Shown: positions 28,457 through 37,379 of the stretch, piece after piece
Layout: each line of letters begins with the position of its first letter
Position numbering within the stretch: position 1 is the first letter of the stretch
NCBI GenBank assembly: GCA_003173865.1
Contig: PJMF01000009.1
Span: forward strand, 1 to 61,620
Direction of reading: 5' to 3'
Length of the DNA stretch: 61,620 nt
From: Minisyncoccota bacterium
Lineage (GTDB): Bacteria; Patescibacteriota; Microgenomatia; UBA1400; PJMF01
The notes under the pieces: model-generated
Databases searched by the model: none
Seen by the model: the letters and a program-made list of their open reading frames with translations, nothing else
Told to the model about the DNA's origin: nothing
Made by a program: the position numbers and the translations under genes

Positions 28457-30217
28457 ATGTACATCCTCGTGAGTGCGCCAGTGATTGGTTCGCCACAACC
28501 AGATGGTTGGGCGCAAGTAGTGACGAACGCGCAGCAAAATGTAGTATGTGCTTTTTCGGTCTCTGGGGTGAATGCTCAGGATTTTGGTCACGAAGTCGCA
28601 ACTCAATTATTGTCTGCGACACCTAATTCATCGCTTGAGCTTCATCAATTTATGGAACATTTAGTGAGCAAAGCTACTGCTCAAGGATGTTCACTACAGC
28701 TGGCAGCCATTTTATTACTTAACGATAAATCAGTACTCATTGCTTTGAATGGCAAAATTTTACTGAAGCGCTCTCACAAATTAGGTCAAATTTTAAATGC
28801 TAATGATGAACTACAAATTGTAGAGGGTCGATATATCAGAAATGATGTGTACCTTTTAAGTACACGCGAAACTCAGTCTTTTCAAGATCAATTGCACCAG
28901 GCGTTTCTTCACCAGCCGGACGCTGAGAGTTTTACAACTCAATTCATGCCAACGGTGCAGTCGCTGGAAAACTCAGCTCTAGTGGCAATTAGCTATGTTG
29001 ATTTAATAGAAAGAGGTGATGAAATCAAAAAACATACTCCCAAAACTTCACTTGCTCATACAGTAAAAAAATTCTTTTTTCAGCAGCGTGATGTCTATAT
29101 TCGTCAATCAAACACAAAACACTTGTCACGAATCGTAATTCCGCTTTTGCTCGTAGTGATTGGAGTGTCAGCGATTGGATTTTTTTGGAGGGGTAAGCAA
29201 CGCACAGAAACGATGGCAGCCCAAGCAGTTATTCAGCCCGCTGAGCAAAAAGTAGAAGAGATTAAAAAGATAATCAATGACAACCCCATTGAAGCTCGCA
29301 AAGAAACTGAAGATTTGCTTAACCAACTGGACGCAGCCAAGGTAGAGTTAAAAAATCAACCGACGGCTCAAAAATTGGTTCAAAACGAGTTCAATACTGT
29401 CCATGATTTTTATCAAAGCATTTCCGGCGTCCAACAGATCGAAACGTTACCGAAATTTTTTGATTTATTGTTAGCACAATCTGGTTTCCTCGCCAGTAAA
29501 ATGGATTTAAGTGATCATAATCTGTTTTTTCTTGATACGGGGAGCAAGAAAGTAATCAGTTTAGATATCGATACGAAGCAAAATTTATTGCTTCCTACCG
29601 GCACTTTTGCGGAGCTTAAAGATTTTACAGTTGTAGGGAAAGTCATGTACTTACTGGGAGGTGGTCTCTCAAAATTTGATTTAACCTCTACACAACCAGC
29701 GGTCGCAGCGCGAGCTGTAGAAGACGAAAACAAGGATGCCGTTTCACTACGTTCCTATACGAAGTATATATATGCCTTAAATCCCACGAAACGGAATATT
29801 TTCCGATATACCCTGCAAGACAAGGATGTACTATCTAGTCCGTCAGCGCTCATTCGTCCAGATCAAAATATTGATTATGCCAACGTACAGTCATTTGCCA
29901 TTGATGGTGATATCTGGTTAGGTATGAAGAATGGTGAGATTAAGCGGTTAGTGACAGGTAAAGCGCAAACGTTCCAAATCAACGGCTTAAAAGAAAATCT
30001 GAGTTCTGCACCACTGTTGTATACCAATGAAAATCTTGATAATCTCTATATTTTGGAACCAAGTAAGAATCGTCTTCTAGTAATTAGTAAAAAAGGTGAT
30101 TTCTTGAAAGAAATTAAAAGTGATACATTGGGTACTGCCACTGCCGTAGTGGCGGATGAAAAAACCCATCGTGCGTTTGTCTTAAGTGGCTCCTTAGTGT
30201 TTGAGATTGGTTTGTAA
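28457..30217 (+). CDS. bitopic protein: degenerate PP2C-like N-terminal domain, TM, coiled coil, NHL-like beta-propeller
   Basis: Central TM; propeller-like segments YIYALNP, FAIDGDIWL, NLYILEPSKNRLLVISKKG. Confidence 0.7.
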   Translation: MYILVSAPVIGSPQPDGWAQVVTNAQQNVVCAFSVSGVNAQDFGHEVATQLLSATPNSSLELHQFMEHLVSKATAQGCSLQLAAILLLNDKSVLIALNGKILLKRSHKLGQILNANDELQIVEGRYIRNDVYLLSTRETQSFQDQLHQAFLHQPDAESFTTQFMPTVQSLENSALVAISYVDLIERGDEIKKHTPKTSLAHTVKKFFFQQRDVYIRQSNTKHLSRIVIPLLLVVIGVSAIGFFWRGKQRTETMAAQAVIQPAEQKVEEIKKIINDNPIEARKETEDLLNQLDAAKVELKNQPTAQKLVQNEFNTVHDFYQSISGVQQIETLPKFFDLLLAQSGFLASKMDLSDHNLFFLDTGSKKVISLDIDTKQNLLLPTGTFAELKDFTVVGKVMYLLGGGLSKFDLTSTQPAVAARAVEDENKDAVSLRSYTKYIYALNPTKRNIFRYTLQDKDVLSSPSALIRPDQNIDYANVQSFAIDGDIWLGMKNGEIKRLVTGKAQTFQINGLKENLSSAPLLYTNENLDNLYILEPSKNRLLVISKKGDFLKEIKSDTLGTATAVVADEKTHRAFVLSGSLVFEIGL

Positions 30218-30241
30218 CTCAAGTCGCCGTATAATCCCCCT

Positions 30242-30694
30242 ATGACTTTGCTTGTAAATAAAAAGGCTAGTTACGAGTATGAACTCCTGCAAACGTACTC
30301 TGCAGGAGTGGTGCTGAGTGGCGGCGAAGTTAAGAGTTTACGAAATAAAAGTGGCAGTTTTACAGGGAGTTATATCAAAATACTGGGGGAAGAACTTTTT
30401 CTTTTAAATGCGCAGATCACCCCATATAAATTTGCCGACAATCGTGAGTATGATCCAAAGCGGACGCGCAAGTTACTGCTGAAGAAAAAAGAAATCCAGC
30501 ACCTCATTGAACAATCAAATCAAAAAGGACGCACACTGATACCACTTTCATTTGAGTCGATGGGTCGTCACATTAAGTTAAAGTTCGCACTTGGCCGAGG
30601 TAAGAAACAATTTGAGCATCGAGCAGATCTTAAGAAACGAGCGCAGGAGAGAGATTTACAACGAGAAATCAAAGAGAAAGTCAGAATTCGCTAA
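30242..30694 (+). CDS. smpB: SsrA-binding protein
   Basis: NKKASYEY, AGVVLSGGEVKSLR, PKRTRKLLL.KKEI, LGRGKK. Confidence 0.95.
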   Translation: MTLLVNKKASYEYELLQTYSAGVVLSGGEVKSLRNKSGSFTGSYIKILGEELFLLNAQITPYKFADNREYDPKRTRKLLLKKKEIQHLIEQSNQKGRTLIPLSFESMGRHIKLKFALGRGKKQFEHRADLKKRAQERDLQREIKEKVRIR

Positions 30695-30730
30695 TTGAAA
30701 AAAAACAGAAGAATCTTGATAATAAGACAC

Positions 30731-30961
30731 ATGTCAAAGCAAGTTTTTTGGCCACTTACTTTACTTATCATGGGCTTGATTTTTCTTGCTTCTAATCTGG
30801 GGTTGCTCCCACGTGATTTTTGGAACTTATGGCCCTTAATTCTCGTGGTCGTTGGTTTAGGTGGCTTAATTACTTCAGATCGAGCTGAGTGGTTACATGA
30901 ACCTGCTAAGCCTGCATCTGCCCCCAAAAAAACTGCTAAAAAACGCAAAAAAGCTAAGTAA
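30731..30961 (+). CDS. small LiaF-TM/DUF5668-like membrane protein
   Basis: GLIFLASNLG....WNLWPLILVVVGL. Confidence 0.7.
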   Translation: MSKQVFWPLTLLIMGLIFLASNLGLLPRDFWNLWPLILVVVGLGGLITSDRAEWLHEPAKPASAPKKTAKKRKKAK

Positions 30962-30968
30962 TTTACGT

Positions 30969-31658
30969 ATGTCTTTTCAAATTGCCATCGATGGGCCATT
31001 GGCTTCAGGAAAGGGCACAGTTGCTCGACTGGTCGCTGAGCGTCTGCACTTGCTTTACATCGATACAGGCGCGATGTATCGAATGACCGCGTTGCAAGCC
31101 TTGCGTCACCAAGTTGATTTAAATGACGAACACGCAGTCGTCAACATCCTTCAAACAGCTGATATGCAGATGCGCCCGCCACGCGATGCAGAAAAAGATG
31201 GTCGGCTTTCGACTGTTTTATTAAATGGAGAAGATGTTTCCTGGCAAATTAGAACTGAGCAGGTGAGTGATGGCTCTTCAAAAGTGGCTGTCCATGCGCA
31301 TGTGCGCGAATTTTTAGTAAAAAAACAACAAGCCATTGCCGCCAATCAAGACGTGATTATGGAAGGACGGGACATCACCTATCGCGTATTGCCTCATGCA
31401 AACCTTAAAATTTACTTAACCGCGAGTACAGAGGTGCGCGCTCAACGGAGATTGGAAGATCTGCAACGCCGTGGTGTTGACACACAGTACGAACACGTCT
31501 TGGCAGATGTGGTCATGCGTGACAAGCGAGATATGGAGCGAGAAGCAGATCCACTTCAAGTTGTTGAAGATGCATGGGTACTTGATACCACTCAAATGAC
31601 GATTGAAGAAGCGGTGGAAGCTATTGTGGCGCGAGCCGAACAATTGAAAGGTAAGTAA
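30969..31658 (+). CDS. cmk: cytidylate kinase (bacterial type)
   Basis: IAIDGPLASGKGT, IDTGAMYR, MEGRDI, KIYLTAS.EVRAQRR, RDKRD..R...PL. Confidence 0.95.
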   Translation: MSFQIAIDGPLASGKGTVARLVAERLHLLYIDTGAMYRMTALQALRHQVDLNDEHAVVNILQTADMQMRPPRDAEKDGRLSTVLLNGEDVSWQIRTEQVSDGSSKVAVHAHVREFLVKKQQAIAANQDVIMEGRDITYRVLPHANLKIYLTASTEVRAQRRLEDLQRRGVDTQYEHVLADVVMRDKRDMEREADPLQVVEDAWVLDTTQMTIEEAVEAIVARAEQLKGK

Positions 31659-31660
31659 AC

Positions 31661-31912
31661 ATGAAAAATCCATTTGGCAAAAAAATAAAAAAAGACAAAA
31701 AACTCAAAGTGAGTGAAGAAGAACGTGCTGAGCAAGTACGCAAAAGTACTCAACAAATCGAAGATGAAAAAAATGAAAAAAAATTCAAGCGCGAAGAACG
31801 CAAATTTATCAAAGAACAAGAAGCAAAACGCAAACGATTAGAGCGATTCATCGCACCAATTTTACTCACATTGACAATCCTTGTTTCGTATCTGATTTAT
31901 TTGATGAGATGA
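31661..31912 (+). CDS. small basic tail-anchored protein
   Basis: K/E-rich coiled coil plus a C-terminal TM. Confidence 0.6.
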   Translation: MKNPFGKKIKKDKKLKVSEEERAEQVRKSTQQIEDEKNEKKFKREERKFIKEQEAKRKRLERFIAPILLTLTILVSYLIYLMR

Positions 31913-31933
31913 AGGTGGTAGGATAGAAAATAT

Positions 31934-33021
31934 GGGTTAAGTGAAATTTTGCGTTGGTTTTTGGGATTGTTTTTGTTTGAGAAACGCGGCAATAATTTGT
32001 CGTCGTTGAAAGAGTGTGGTGCCACGATGATGGTCGATGTGCCGTTGAATTTGGGCGTTGATGCCACCTTCAATTCGGTTTGAGGTGTTGGGAATTTCTG
32101 GAAAACGAATGTACTGAAACAGGTTGGGGAAGGCATGTTTGAGATGTGAATGTGCCGCATGCAACCGACCGTGCGTGTAATGCCATTTCTGACGTCCAGT
32201 AGGTGTTCGTGAGTCTTGGTACGTTTTCTCTCTGAGAAATGTGTTGTATGCAACGTACCAGTGTTTGTATCTCATGAGCCAGATTTTCAGATCGTTCTGC
32301 GTTCTCACCATCACAATATCACCGACCAGTGCTTTGAATGTTTGTGCGGCGAGGGTTTCAGGATGTTTGGTGAGCAAGATATTGACTTGGTGAATGACAT
32401 GAAACTGACAGCGTTGAATGATGATTCCTGGCCATCGCAGTTTAATCGCTTTGATCATGCCTTTTTGACCATCACAGACAACTGCAAAAGGGAATACAGA
32501 AATCTTTTCACACAGTTCCAACCACGTCAAAAAGTTTTCTGCATACGTAAACAGCCAATTCACGACGTCATTTTTTGTGGATTGGGCAATCAGTACGGTT
32601 GCTCCATACTGCACGTAATACCCATCAATGATGAAAATTTCATCAGCTCCAGAAATACTGTGAGGAAGAATTTCTTGCTCTCGAAATGGTGCAAACCAGT
32701 TATCCAGTGTTCTGCGAGTGACCGCATATTTCTGTGCAAAATCTGAAAGGGTCAGTTTACTCAGTAACCAACTCTCGTACATGTGCCGATGACTTTTTTC
32801 GACGAGATCATCTCTTGTTCTTGTCGTACTTTTCTGACAGGTGAAGCACCGATGTCGTTGTGACCCATTCCTGTTTTTTCCCCACCGTTGCATTGCAGAG
32901 CCGCAGACTGAACATCGTTTTTTTTACGCATTTAATCTCCAAACACATTAATGTGCTGAGATTATATGCTACCAATCAATCTAAAGTGAGAAAAAAACCA
33001 ACGCAAAATTTCACTTAACCC
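31934..33021 (-). mobile_element. complete IS256-family (IS1249-like) insertion sequence, 1088 bp
   Basis: Perfect 29-bp terminal IRs GGGTTAAGTGAAATTTTGCGTTGGTTTTT (31934-31962 and 32993-33021); 8-bp target duplication GAAAATAT (31926-31933 and 33022-33029). Confidence 0.95.
31937..32931 (-). CDS. DDE transposase (IS256/MULE type); full N-terminus needs a -1 shift in an A8 run
   Basis: IIDG, VVCDGQKG, QRCQFHV (CxxH), TSNRIEGGIN. SD GGAG plus ATG 32931 in another frame; in-frame ATG at 32893. Confidence 0.88.
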
Positions 33022-33027
33022 GAAAAT

Positions 33028-33594
33028 ATGCAAGAAGAAAGTCACGAAATATTTTCTATACCGTTTGGAAGTAGAGGCCATACATTAGAGCTTCAACAAC
33101 TTGGTTTACCGATCAATTCTGAAAATAGTGTTAGCTCTGATCAAATTGAAACAATTTTTAATCAACAGCCTACTCCTGAGCAGATACATATACAAGAAAT
33201 TTTGACAAGAGACTTAGCTTCAGAAGTGAAAACACGAATTTTAACTTTTGGCTCATCTGTCCAGACTTTTTTAGAATATGCAGCTGTAAATCCGGCTGCA
33301 AAACCTATCTTAATTAAGAAAATTATTGACAATTTTGTTTCTTTGGATCAATTAAGTACTGCTGTTCTTGCGATCATACCTGTTTTGGAAAGGAGAGTTA
33401 CTGGACCTGATGGTTGGCAAGATCACTTTCCTACTTTGCAAACGTATGTCAAACACATGGGAGAAATACTTCAAACTCCAGTTTCTGAGGCTGATAGTAG
33501 TCCCCAAGTACTTGATTCTGAAGAAATTAACTCAAGATTGAATACAATTGCACAGAAATATAGTGCTTTTGCAAAGCTTGTAAAAGAGAAATGA
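33028..33594 (+). CDS. hypothetical protein whose start codon overlaps the IS target duplication
   Basis: 188-aa AT-rich ORF; ATG within GAAAATATG. Confidence 0.6.
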   Translation: MQEESHEIFSIPFGSRGHTLELQQLGLPINSENSVSSDQIETIFNQQPTPEQIHIQEILTRDLASEVKTRILTFGSSVQTFLEYAAVNPAAKPILIKKIIDNFVSLDQLSTAVLAIIPVLERRVTGPDGWQDHFPTLQTYVKHMGEILQTPVSEADSSPQVLDSEEINSRLNTIAQKYSAFAKLVKEK

Positions 33595-36099
33595 CTACTG
33601 CCCCACACTGACACCATCTAAAATTTGGTCGCGGTTATCGCCTGTTGAATCATATAGCTGAGTATAAAATTGCGAAGGACTACATGCGACAGTTGGTTCG
33701 GTGCCTTTGACAAATAATTCTTCGCTGACACTTGGACAGCCACGACATGGAAGCGTGTTCGTGCTACTACATACTTTCACTTTGACTAATCCGTCGGGAG
33801 TTGGGAAGACATGTGGTTTGGCATCGTCCAACTGAGTACGGATAATCTTATTCCAAATTGGTGATGCACCAGTAATACCAGAAGCAACGTAACTCATTGG
33901 TTTGCCGTCGTTGTTACCGACCCACACGGCTACTAAACGATCTTCGGTGTAACCAATTGCCCAGTTATCCTTCAAGTTGTTGGTTGTACCGGTTTTGACT
34001 GCAACTTGTTGTTTTGGAATGTATAAGACTGATTGTGGGCCGAATGCGGGTGTGCGGGCGTTATTGTCAGATAAAATATCCGTGATTTGATAGGCCACGC
34101 GGGAATCTAATGTACGAGTACGTTGACAGTCAGTGTTATCAAGTGCGCAGGAATTATGATACAGAACTTCACCTTTTGCGTTTTTGACTTCTAGAAGAGA
34201 GTTGAGTGGCACTGTTTCACCATAGTTGGCAAATGTGCCGTAAACCTGGGCTAAATCGACCATTAACACCTCACCACTTCCTAATGTAAGCGAAAGACCA
34301 AACCGCTTGCGATCTTTCCAAGTAGTAATTCCCATTTGTTCACCTTTATCAATCATGTTGGAGATACCAACTTCGGCTAATGTTTTTACTGCTGGGATGT
34401 TGAAAGATGAAGCGAGAGCGGTGCGCAAAGTAACTAACCCGTGAAACTTTCCATCGTAGTTTTTGGGTGTATATGGCGCCGATCCGGGTGTACTAAATGT
34501 GGTTGGCTCATCAAGAATCGTTGAAGAAGGGTTTTTACCATTACTTAAGGCCAGTGAATAGGTCAATGGCTTAATCGAGGAACCTGGTTGCCGAGGTCGG
34601 GTGGTGACATTGACTTGTCCGTCGTTTGCGAAGTCAAAGTAATTCTTACTTCCAATCATGGCTAAGATTTCACCGGTTTTGGGATTGGTTACAAGTGCTG
34701 CTCCGTTATGAATATTTAAACGAGCTAAGTTATTGACTTCATTTGTAACGATCTGTTGCGCTTGATCTTGTGTGTCGAGATCTAATGTTGTGCGTACTTC
34801 TAAACCGCCTTGATTGACAACATCTTCACCGTATTGTTTTTCTAACATATTTTTGACATACATCACAAAGTGTGGTGCTTTAATATCAGTCATATCTTGA
34901 CGGAAAGTAAGTGTTTCGCTGCGTGCTTTTTGGGCTTGTTCGGCAGTAATGTACTTATCTTCCACCATACGCTGTAACACTTCATGTTGGCGCACATATG
35001 CATATTCTGGCGTCGCACCAAATGGGGAGTAGGCAGAGGGAGCAGCTGGTAATCCAGCTAAAAATGCACTTTCGGCTAAATCAAGTTTACGAACCGATTT
35101 TCCAAAGTAGCGTTGTGAGGCTTCTTCAACACCGTACGTTGAGCCACCATATCCAACTTCATTAAAGTACATCTCTAAAATTTCGTCCTTTGAGTAGGTG
35201 CCTTCCATCATGAATGACAACACAACTTCTCGAATTTTACGCTTGAGTGTTTTTTCTGGAGTCAGTAACGTGTTTTTGACGAGTTGTTGGGTGATCGTTG
35301 AACCACCTTGTAGGCGATCACTTTGAGTGTTGGATACAAGGGCACGAAAAATGCCACGAATTGAAATCCCTCGATGCGAGTAAAAATTTCTGTCTTCAAT
35401 CGAGACAGTTGCATGAATCAAGTCAGCTGGCACTTGTGAGAGAGGAATTAAGGTGCGATTTTCATCTTTGAAAATCCGATACAGTAACTTGCCATTTCGG
35501 TCATAAATTTTGGTGGTTAAGTTTTGTTTGCGAGTGGTCAAGTCAGCGACAGAAGGCAAATCTTTAAACACAATGTCATACGTTTCATAGGCACCAAACA
35601 AGATTACGGCACTGGTTAATAAAGAAAGTAAGATCGCCCAAAAATGAAAACGAAGTAAATACTGGAAGGGCCAAAAAATTTCAGCATGGAAAAATTTCCG
35701 TACGCTTTTAATGAGTCGTTTAAAAAACCCTACAATTTTTGGGTTCTTGCGCTTTTTGCGTATAAGCTTTTTTTTTGTTTTTTTCTTTAGCTTGTTCAGT
35801 ACGTTACTTAAACGTGTTCCCATGAGTAATAGGGAGGGACGAACGTTCTTCAAAGGGCTCTTTGGTACTTTGACCAGAAGCTTAGGAAGCAGTTTTTTCC
35901 ATCGAGAACGAGTCGAAAAAATTACGCCGTTTTTCTTCTTAATCCGAACGGTTTTACTGGGTTTTGCTTTCTTTGTTTTTTTTATGCGGGCAACTGTAAC
36001 TGTTTTGGTTTTGAGGGCTGCTTGAGAAACCGTTTCTTTGCGAGTCTTTTTCGTCTGCTTTACTGCCTTTTTTGCTGTTATAGGTTTTCGCTTAGCCAT
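33595..36099 (-). CDS. class A penicillin-binding protein (PBP1A) with long Lys-rich N-terminus
   Basis: EDRNFYSHRG, GGSTITQQL, RKIRE; GSSIKP, SFN, KTGTT. Confidence 0.93.
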   Translation of the reverse strand: MAKRKPITAKKAVKQTKKTRKETVSQAALKTKTVTVARIKKTKKAKPSKTVRIKKKNGVIFSTRSRWKKLLPKLLVKVPKSPLKNVRPSLLLMGTRLSNVLNKLKKKTKKKLIRKKRKNPKIVGFFKRLIKSVRKFFHAEIFWPFQYLLRFHFWAILLSLLTSAVILFGAYETYDIVFKDLPSVADLTTRKQNLTTKIYDRNGKLLYRIFKDENRTLIPLSQVPADLIHATVSIEDRNFYSHRGISIRGIFRALVSNTQSDRLQGGSTITQQLVKNTLLTPEKTLKRKIREVVLSFMMEGTYSKDEILEMYFNEVGYGGSTYGVEEASQRYFGKSVRKLDLAESAFLAGLPAAPSAYSPFGATPEYAYVRQHEVLQRMVEDKYITAEQAQKARSETLTFRQDMTDIKAPHFVMYVKNMLEKQYGEDVVNQGGLEVRTTLDLDTQDQAQQIVTNEVNNLARLNIHNGAALVTNPKTGEILAMIGSKNYFDFANDGQVNVTTRPRQPGSSIKPLTYSLALSNGKNPSSTILDEPTTFSTPGSAPYTPKNYDGKFHGLVTLRTALASSFNIPAVKTLAEVGISNMIDKGEQMGITTWKDRKRFGLSLTLGSGEVLMVDLAQVYGTFANYGETVPLNSLLEVKNAKGEVLYHNSCALDNTDCQRTRTLDSRVAYQITDILSDNNARTPAFGPQSVLYIPKQQVAVKTGTTNNLKDNWAIGYTEDRLVAVWVGNNDGKPMSYVASGITGASPIWNKIIRTQLDDAKPHVFPTPDGLVKVKVCSSTNTLPCRGCPSVSEELFVKGTEPTVACSPSQFYTQLYDSTGDNRDQILDGVSVGQ

Positions 36100-36185
36100 G
36101 GGGCGGATTTTACTATATCATCCTATATATTACAAGATAAAATCGACCACATTTATCGCTAAAGAAGAAAAAAACGAAAAACGAG

Positions 36186-37379
36186 TTATAACTTATTTTT
36201 TATCACATCCCATAACTCTCTTGAACTGCCTTCATATCCAAGCGCCCAAATAGCGATTCCGCCTAAATCGAGTTGATTCACTAAATCCAGTTTATACGAC
36301 ATCGACCGAGAGTTTTCGTAGTAAATCAGGTGGATCTCGCGATCCTTTTGGTAAGACAAATAAGGAGAGAGGGCATCGGTGTTCCAGCCTTCTTTAACCG
36401 AGTAAAGATTTTTTTGCAGCAGAAGTGACTGAATCTGATCAAAACCAATTGCTTCGCCTGTATCTGGAAACGTCTTTGCTTGTGAGTCCCGAGAAGTAGT
36501 TTGCCAAGCATAGCCATAAAAAGGAACTCCTAAGACCAATTTTGTATGTGGGACGAAGCTCAAGAAATCTCGCAAATGTTCGGTAATATCGCTATCCCAG
36601 AGTTTTTGTCCTCCAAAAAGTGGTGCGACTGGTCCGGCCGAAATCGAGGATTTACGGTGAAAGTCATAGGCCATCACGATAATGTGATCAACGATTTTGC
36701 TGAGTTGAGGGAGATCCCAAATCCCACGATTTGTGCCAGCCGACGCAAAAACATCAATCGAGAGATGAATATTCTGATACTTGCTATGTATGTGATCTGC
36801 AAGTAGCTGAATAAACTTCGTATAGTCATCGCGCAAATTCGGTGTAACTGTACCAGTGTACTCAATATCAATGTTGATCCCTTGGACGGGATATCCTTGC
36901 AACACGCCATCGAGTGACCGAAGCAATTTTTCTTGAGCAGCGGGAGAAAGCAAAAAGGTTGAAATTTGGTCGGGATCAAACTGCGCCAGGGTGACTTCAA
37001 TTTTACTTCCTCTTTGCGCGGCAGATTGGAAAAGGGACAAGATTTGTTCTGATTGTAGAGTATGGAAACCCATCTCCATTTCGCCTTGTTTATGGTCGAG
37101 AATATCTCCATTTTGATTAAACTCTAAACTAAAATAAGAAAGATGGGTGAGTTCAGGTTGTAAAGTGACTTTATCTTTATTCCAGTACGGTAAAAAACCG
37201 TATACAAGCTTGTGGTCTGTGTGTGTAGGCTGTGATGGTTCACTCAAAAATTGAAAAGTCGTTGATGAAGTAATTGGCGACAGCAGCGGAACTTTACGGA
37301 AAAACCATAATGCTTCTAAGGTCAGTAAAAATAAAATTCCGCTGAGTAAAACTAGAGGACCCACCCAGCGCTGTGTCAT
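36186..37379 (-). CDS. membrane-anchored GH18 glycoside hydrolase
   Basis: YGFLPYW, GINIDIEY, IVMAYDFH, GPVAP, KLVLGVPFYG, LGGIAIWALG. Confidence 0.9.
   Translation of the reverse strand: MTQRWVGPLVLLSGILFLLTLEALWFFRKVPLLSPITSSTTFQFLSEPSQPTHTDHKLVYGFLPYWNKDKVTLQPELTHLSYFSLEFNQNGDILDHKQGEMEMGFHTLQSEQILSLFQSAAQRGSKIEVTLAQFDPDQISTFLLSPAAQEKLLRSLDGVLQGYPVQGINIDIEYTGTVTPNLRDDYTKFIQLLADHIHSKYQNIHLSIDVFASAGTNRGIWDLPQLSKIVDHIIVMAYDFHRKSSISAGPVAPLFGGQKLWDSDITEHLRDFLSFVPHTKLVLGVPFYGYAWQTTSRDSQAKTFPDTGEAIGFDQIQSLLLQKNLYSVKEGWNTDALSPYLSYQKDREIHLIYYENSRSMSYKLDLVNQLDLGGIAIWALGYEGSSRELWDVIKNKL

Noticed and set aside
30218-30730. tmRNA gene near smpB
   Set aside because: No intergenic space or tRNA-like ends in this region.
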